In this document: in pieces, positions 50,811 to 64,000 of the stretch
Layout of the letters: each line of letters starts with the position of its first letter
Numbering within the stretch: position 1 is the first letter of the stretch
DNA from: Tubiluchus corallicola
Taxonomy: Eukaryota; Animalia; Priapulida
NCBI GenBank assembly: GCA_030141605.1
Contig: JAQGDQ010000006.1
Span: forward strand, 1,451,067 to 1,515,066
Direction: 5' to 3'
Length of the DNA: 64,000 nt
Notes under the pieces: model-generated
The model's database searches: none
The model's input: only the letters and a program-made list of their open reading frames with translations
What the model was told of the DNA's origin: nothing
Translations under genes and position numbers: made by a program

Positions 50811-51034
50811 CTAGAATTCACAAATATACGGAAATTTTGCTGTATCACACGAGAAGTCATTCCACGTGTTCCCATTTGCCCGCAAGATGGCGCAGCTTTC
50901 GCCATCGCCGTAATTTTCTGGTTGGCCATCTGCTACATCCCAAGAAGTAAAAAGGGCAGGTCGACCTGTTGCAAACCACCTCCAGTCACCCTCCTCGTGT
51001 ATGTCCATTAAACCAATCCAAAAATGCTCACCAG
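50811..51034 (-). CDS. C-type lectin domain, terminal exon (upstream exons not identified; may be a pseudogene)
   Basis: FWIGLMD..EGDWRW..SW..GQPEN..ESCA..WNDFSC..YICE*; AG acceptor at 51036-51035. Confidence 0.85.
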
Positions 51035-51634
51035 CTTTATTAAAAACAAAATATAATTAATATTAAATTTGGTTATTTACCATTATATTTTCATATAATA
51101 TAACAGTTATTTAACTTTTATACATTCCTCGGCAATTATAACGTACTTTACCACTCCCATGAAACACTAAAATAACAAATATTACCAGTGATTTTTTTGA
51201 AATTTTTTTGCTCAAACAGCCTGCAGAAAAAAACGTTCTGACGGCACCTGGTGGGACTCTCGAAGGGAGATATACAGCTCTTTAGAAAGGGGAAGAACAG
51301 GGCTATACGATGATGTGGGCTATATTAGGACACGTCCATCAAGAGCAGTGACGACGACTTAATTAGATGTTCTATTTTTGGCAATTTTCGCTTGGAAAAC
51401 TGCTGACGCAAAGCCATTGTTGTGACGTCATCCATTATACTCTGCCTGTAACTTTAATTCAGTAAAAGCTTCTGGCTTTGCGTTAGATAAACAGACAAAC
51501 ACTAGGTAGAATGTTTGCGCATATTTGATTATGAGTGGATTTATAAGCAAAATTTTTTTGCGGGGCCTTTGCTAGTTTGTTTATTAATTCACTCAATCGT
51601 TTATTCACACACAATCATTCATTCATTTATTCAG

Positions 51635-51797
51635 TTAGTCAGTCAGTCAGTCAGTCAGTCAGTCAGTCAGTCAGTCAGTCAGTCAGTCAGTCAGTCAGTC
51701 AGTCAGTCAGTCAGTCAGTCATTCGGTCGGTCGGTCGGTCGGTCGGTCGGTCGGTCAGTCGGTCGGTCGGTCAGTCAGTCAGTCAGTCAGTCAGTCA
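51635..51797. repeat. (AGTC)n/(GGTC)n microsatellite
   Basis: Visible. Confidence 0.95.
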
Positions 51798-52523
51798 TTC
51801 GTTCACTCATTCAGTAAATAATTTAAAAAACTTACAATTACTTATTTATTTGTGTGATTTATCTGCAGACAATTAAGACAAAATCAATATTCAAGCTACG
51901 AAGAAATAAAAACACAAATAGATAAACAGACAAAATGACACAAAACATACAAATAGTGTAATCTTCAAGAATCACGAAATTGTAATGTGACATGCAATGA
52001 CATAATCGATGAAAAGTTGATCCAAGTTACTCCAAGGTCTTGCATAACCTCACATTTGGTCACTCACTAGCGGAGACGAAAGGTATGCATCTGAGAAATA
52101 ATGGGTAAAAGCCCAAGGAGTCAAATCAAATATTGCAAACTGCAGCAATTATCATTTTGAATTTGCCAATGATTGCTTGATTTACTATAATAGTTATTTC
52201 AGTTGAGAGCTTTACAAGTTGTACAAGATGTACTCAAAAACTAATCACGTACAGTCAAGATGTACACGCTACAGAATCTCCTAGTAAGACTGCTATTCGT
52301 TGTTAATTATTACTAGTAAATTAGTTAATTCCAGTTCTTATCGGTTTAGCATGTCCCATTAACTTGGAAAATGGTCAAACGTAACACATTTCTCATTTGT
52401 ATTTTTCTCATAGGAATATATGATGGCAGCGAAGACAACTCTCTAATCCAATGCTGTTTTATCGTACACCTGGTTTTACTAGATTATGAATACTATAAAT
52501 ACTACTTGTGCTGTGCCGAGCAA

Positions 52524-52643
52524 GCTACAGCCAAATCACGTTGAAAACACCGGTTTTCGTCTGATCCCCAAAGTTAAGTAATGTAGAGACCCTGGTTAGT
52601 ACTTGGATGGGTGACCGCCTAGGAATACTACGTGCTGTTGACT
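52524..52643 (+). pseudogene. Degenerate 5S rRNA copy
   Basis: Multiple substitutions and a small insertion relative to the other copies; followed by the same spacer. Confidence 0.8.
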
Positions 52644-53289
52644 TTTTTGCTAGTGCCTATTAACTATTGAAGTGTGTGCACAACACGACCATTTCATTTT
52701 TGCAGAATTGTTTCTGACTTTTGGAAGTAGAAGTGATAGGAATAAGTGTCTGTCTGAACATTATTTTGATTTTTATTTGCTTTGCATTTTAATGTCTAAA
52801 ACTATCTATTTGTTACGTTTCTCAAATACTACACACAAAAATTCAAAACAGATACTTTGTTACTACGTTCACCTTAATCTATCTATTATTTCTATATTAT
52901 CTCTTTTAACGAAATACAGAAGTTACGCAACCTCGAACCTGGTTTGGTTTTGCGTTTGAATGGGTGACTGCCCGGGACTGACATTTTTTTAAATGGTCAG
53001 GAAGGCTGATGACAAAAGCTGTAAAATCTTCTTCAACACTCAAAAATGGATTTTTGTTCTGACTGATATTTTTAAATGAAGGATCTCTTTGCTTGTTCAT
53101 GCTTGATCATTCCCATGTTTAATTATGTCATATTTAGAAGGTAATAGACTTGAGCACGGTATTTTAACATCTCTGATATTTTAGAATTTCATATGATATT
53201 TCTATTTATACTTTGCATTAAAATACTAAAAAGGTTTGTTTATTCATGTACATCATTTCTATGTTAACTCATCTTAAGAAACTGCTAAT

Positions 53290-53408
53290 GTCTACGGCCA
53301 TATTACATTGAATACACCGGTTCTCGTCTGATCACCGAAGTTAAGCAATGCAGAGTGTGGTTAGTACTTGGATAGGGGACCGCCTAGGAATACCACGTGC
53401 TGTAGACT
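53290..53408 (+). rRNA. 5S rRNA gene or pseudogene (variant)
   Basis: Full-length with several substitutions including box C (GGATAGGGGACC); oligo-T. Confidence 0.8.
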
Positions 53409-54114
53409 TTTTTGCTAGAGTGATTATTAACAATCAAAGTGTGTGCACAACACGACCATATCATTTTGACAGTATTGTTTTTGATTTTTGGAAGTTGAAG
53501 TGGTGGAAATAAATGTCTGTCTCGACATTACGTTGATTTTTTTTGGCATTTTAATGTGAAAGACTATCTATTTGTTACGTTTCTCGAATATCACACAAAG
53601 TGAACAAAAATGAAAATAAAACTAGAAAATCAGCCACTGCCCTTCAAAAATTATTTTTGATTTTCATATAAAAATTCAAAACAGATACTTTGTTCCTACG
53701 TTCACCTTAATCTATCTATTATTTCTATATTATCTCTCTTTAACGAAATGCAGAAGTTAAGCAATCTCGAACCTGGTTTTGCGTTTGAATGGGTGACTGT
53801 CCGGGAATTCTGGTATTGCTAACTTCTTAACTTGGTGCTTAAATTTTTTTTAAATGGTCAGGAAGGGTGATGACAAATGCTGTAAAATCTTCTGCACCAC
53901 TCAAAAATGGATTTTTGTTCTGACTGATATTTTTAAATGTGTATTCTTTTTGCTTGTTCATGCTTGATCATTCCCATGTTTAATTGCGTCATATTTAAAA
54001 GATAATATACTTGAGCACGGTATTTGAACCTCCCCGATACTTTATAATTTCATGTGATATTTTTATTTATACTTTGCATTACAATACTAAGAAGGTTTGC
54101 TCGTTCATGTATAA

Positions 54115-54440
54115 TGTTACAGAGGCACCTGTGTCGGGTGTAGGGCCCTCTACACGCCCTGCTTTCACGTCAGCAGCGACTCACCCCTTTTTTGTAGGTC
54201 CAGACGTCTTGTTTGGGCCTACACGTGGTGGAAGAAGCCAGCAGCCCTGGAATGCCAGTAAAAAAGCGTGTAGAGGTCACTAGAGCCTTGATTTGTGACA
54301 CAGCTGCTCCTCGGGCGTAGTGCTGTTACTTAGCTATTTTTTGTGTGTGTATTTTGTTCCCCTATAAGTGCTGGTAATAAACTCCGTACAGTGTAATTTT
54401 TGTGTTTTATATTGTGAGAGTTAAATGACATGCTATAACA
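54115..54440 (+). mobile_element. Solo-LTR-like sequence ending the 5S array
   Basis: TGTTACAG...CTATAACA inverted ends, internal AATAAA near 54376; interrupts the spacer just before the next expected 5S; no TSD. Confidence 0.6.
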
Positions 54441-54524
54441 GGTATCTGGTATTAGTTCACAGATATTAGCTTAATTAATTAGCATAACATTTATAATTAA
54501 AAGTAACATTTGTAGTTAAGTACT

Positions 54525-54897
54525 CAGGGCCTCTTTCAGCTTAAGAGAGGCCCGGGAAAGTGGGGCGTGTGAGGCCCCCTCGAGGGGGAGGGCAAAGCGC
54601 CCAGAAAAATTTTGAACTGCTAGAACGCCGGAGAAGCATTTTCGAAGAGAAAACATGGAGTTACACAGTTGTTAAAGGAAAGAACAATTGAAAGAAAAAC
54701 TGCTTTATTCTCAAAACCAGTCCTTAATACTTGTCAATACTGGCAAACGGCGCGCGTGCGGCAAGAGAGAGAGAGGGGGGAGCGGAGGAAGTATGTTCGC
54801 ATAAAGCAAAAAAATGTTACCTTGGCATCAGGCCCCCTGGAGGGTGAGGCCCCGGGGAATTGTCCCCACTTAACCCCCCCCCCTAAAATAGGGCCTG
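54525..54897. mobile_element. hAT-type MITE, family B copy 2
   Basis: cagggcc...gggcctg ends; perfect 8-bp TSD taagtact; inverted homologue of 11936-12350. Confidence 0.9.
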
Positions 54898-55307
54898 TAA
54901 GTACTCAATTACATACCGATACAAAATGGGTCTTCATGAACTATTTTCATCAGCATCTTGCAAGGTTAATGACTCGAAAGAAATCTAATGTTGCACAGTT
55001 ATGCTTTTGCTGAATAGTTTGTCAGATTTAATTTGGATCAAGAGTTGTGTACGTATGATACAAAATGTTCAGTTAGCAAGTAAATGGTTTCCTTCAAGAC
55101 TTGACAGAGAACGTTTGTAGAACTTCACCATATTTAAAACCATAAAAAATTAAATTAATATTGTTAGTGGCAACTCACAAACGATGTTCAAAAATTGGTT
55201 AAAAGTAATTTTATTCACATCCATTATATACAGCTTTATTAAAAGTATGTTATTCATAATATTCATAATGTTATTCACAAGTAGGCTTATAGCATGCTTA
55301 AAACTGT

Positions 55308-55309
55308 TG

Positions 55310-55341
<32 letters not shown>

Positions 55342-55477
55342 TGTGTGTGTGTGCATGCGTGTGCATGCGTGAGTGCGTGCGTGTGTGTGTGTGTGCGTGC
55401 GTGCATACGTGTGTGTGTGTGTGTGTGTGTGCATGCGTGTGTGTGTGTGTGTGTGTGTGCATGTGTGTGCATGTGTG

Positions 55478-55517
<40 letters not shown>

Positions 55518-55577
55518 TGCATGCATACGTGTGTGTGTGTGCGTGTGTGCGTACGTGTGCGTACGTATGCGTGCGTG
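55308..55577. repeat. (GT)n/(GTGC)n microsatellite
   Basis: Visible. Confidence 0.95.
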
Positions 55578-55588
55578 TTTATAGTTTC

Positions 55589-63648
<8,060 letters not shown>

Positions 63649-64000
63649 CTACAGCAAACAATAAAAACTAGTTGACAACGTTTCTGATGTGGAGAGAAAC
63701 TGGAGTTTTTGCAAACAGTGGCTATAGAATTAGTTACAGAAGCAGTTAGAATTTCAAAAAGTGTCAACATTTTATCTGAAAATCACAATTTTGATTTTTA
63801 TTGAATTCACATTACTGCATTACCTATGAACTGTACTTCAAAATGAAATCGCAACTTGTAACTTTTCCACATGTGACCTTTGGGTCAAAGGTAGGTTAAC
63901 TCCTGTCAATTTATGCCATTCAGTTCATCTCGTCAAGACCTTTCATCAGATATGCTACAAGCTGTAGTTCAGGTCAACACTAGAAAGTTTTTGCTCCTCG

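Noticed and set aside
51972-52470. Candidate upstream exons for the C-type lectin
   Set aside because: Segments following plausible acceptors contain stops in the frames checked and no CTLD motifs.

Overview
AT-rich, intron-rich animal (invertebrate) genomic DNA. The first 2.9 kb is a GC-rich, gene-dense, virus-like island. It ends in ...ACTACT at 2911, like a Polinton/Maverick terminus, and encodes a divergent intronless TATA-binding-protein (TBP) homologue plus a putative nuclease-fold ORF. It is folded back on itself (1-380 is the reverse complement of 714-1093) and appears to lie in an intron of a PLEKHG7-like RhoGEF gene (11 exons, 4491-17474). Next comes a secreted GH18 chitinase-like gene (23806-33433) with altered catalytic motifs, about 42 tandem His/Glu/Tyr-rich 14-mers and a C-terminal chitin-binding domain, followed by two small secreted Tyr-rich or Gly/Tyr/Arg-rich genes. 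The rest holds a fragmented 5S rDNA array whose spacer carries a second, diverged 5S control region, a BEL/Pao remnant, LINE remnants, hAT MITEs, satellites, an isolated C-type lectin exon and the 3' part of a CYP2-clan P450. All calls come from reading the sequence and the ORF track by eye; no database searches were run, so family assignments rest on remembered motifs.
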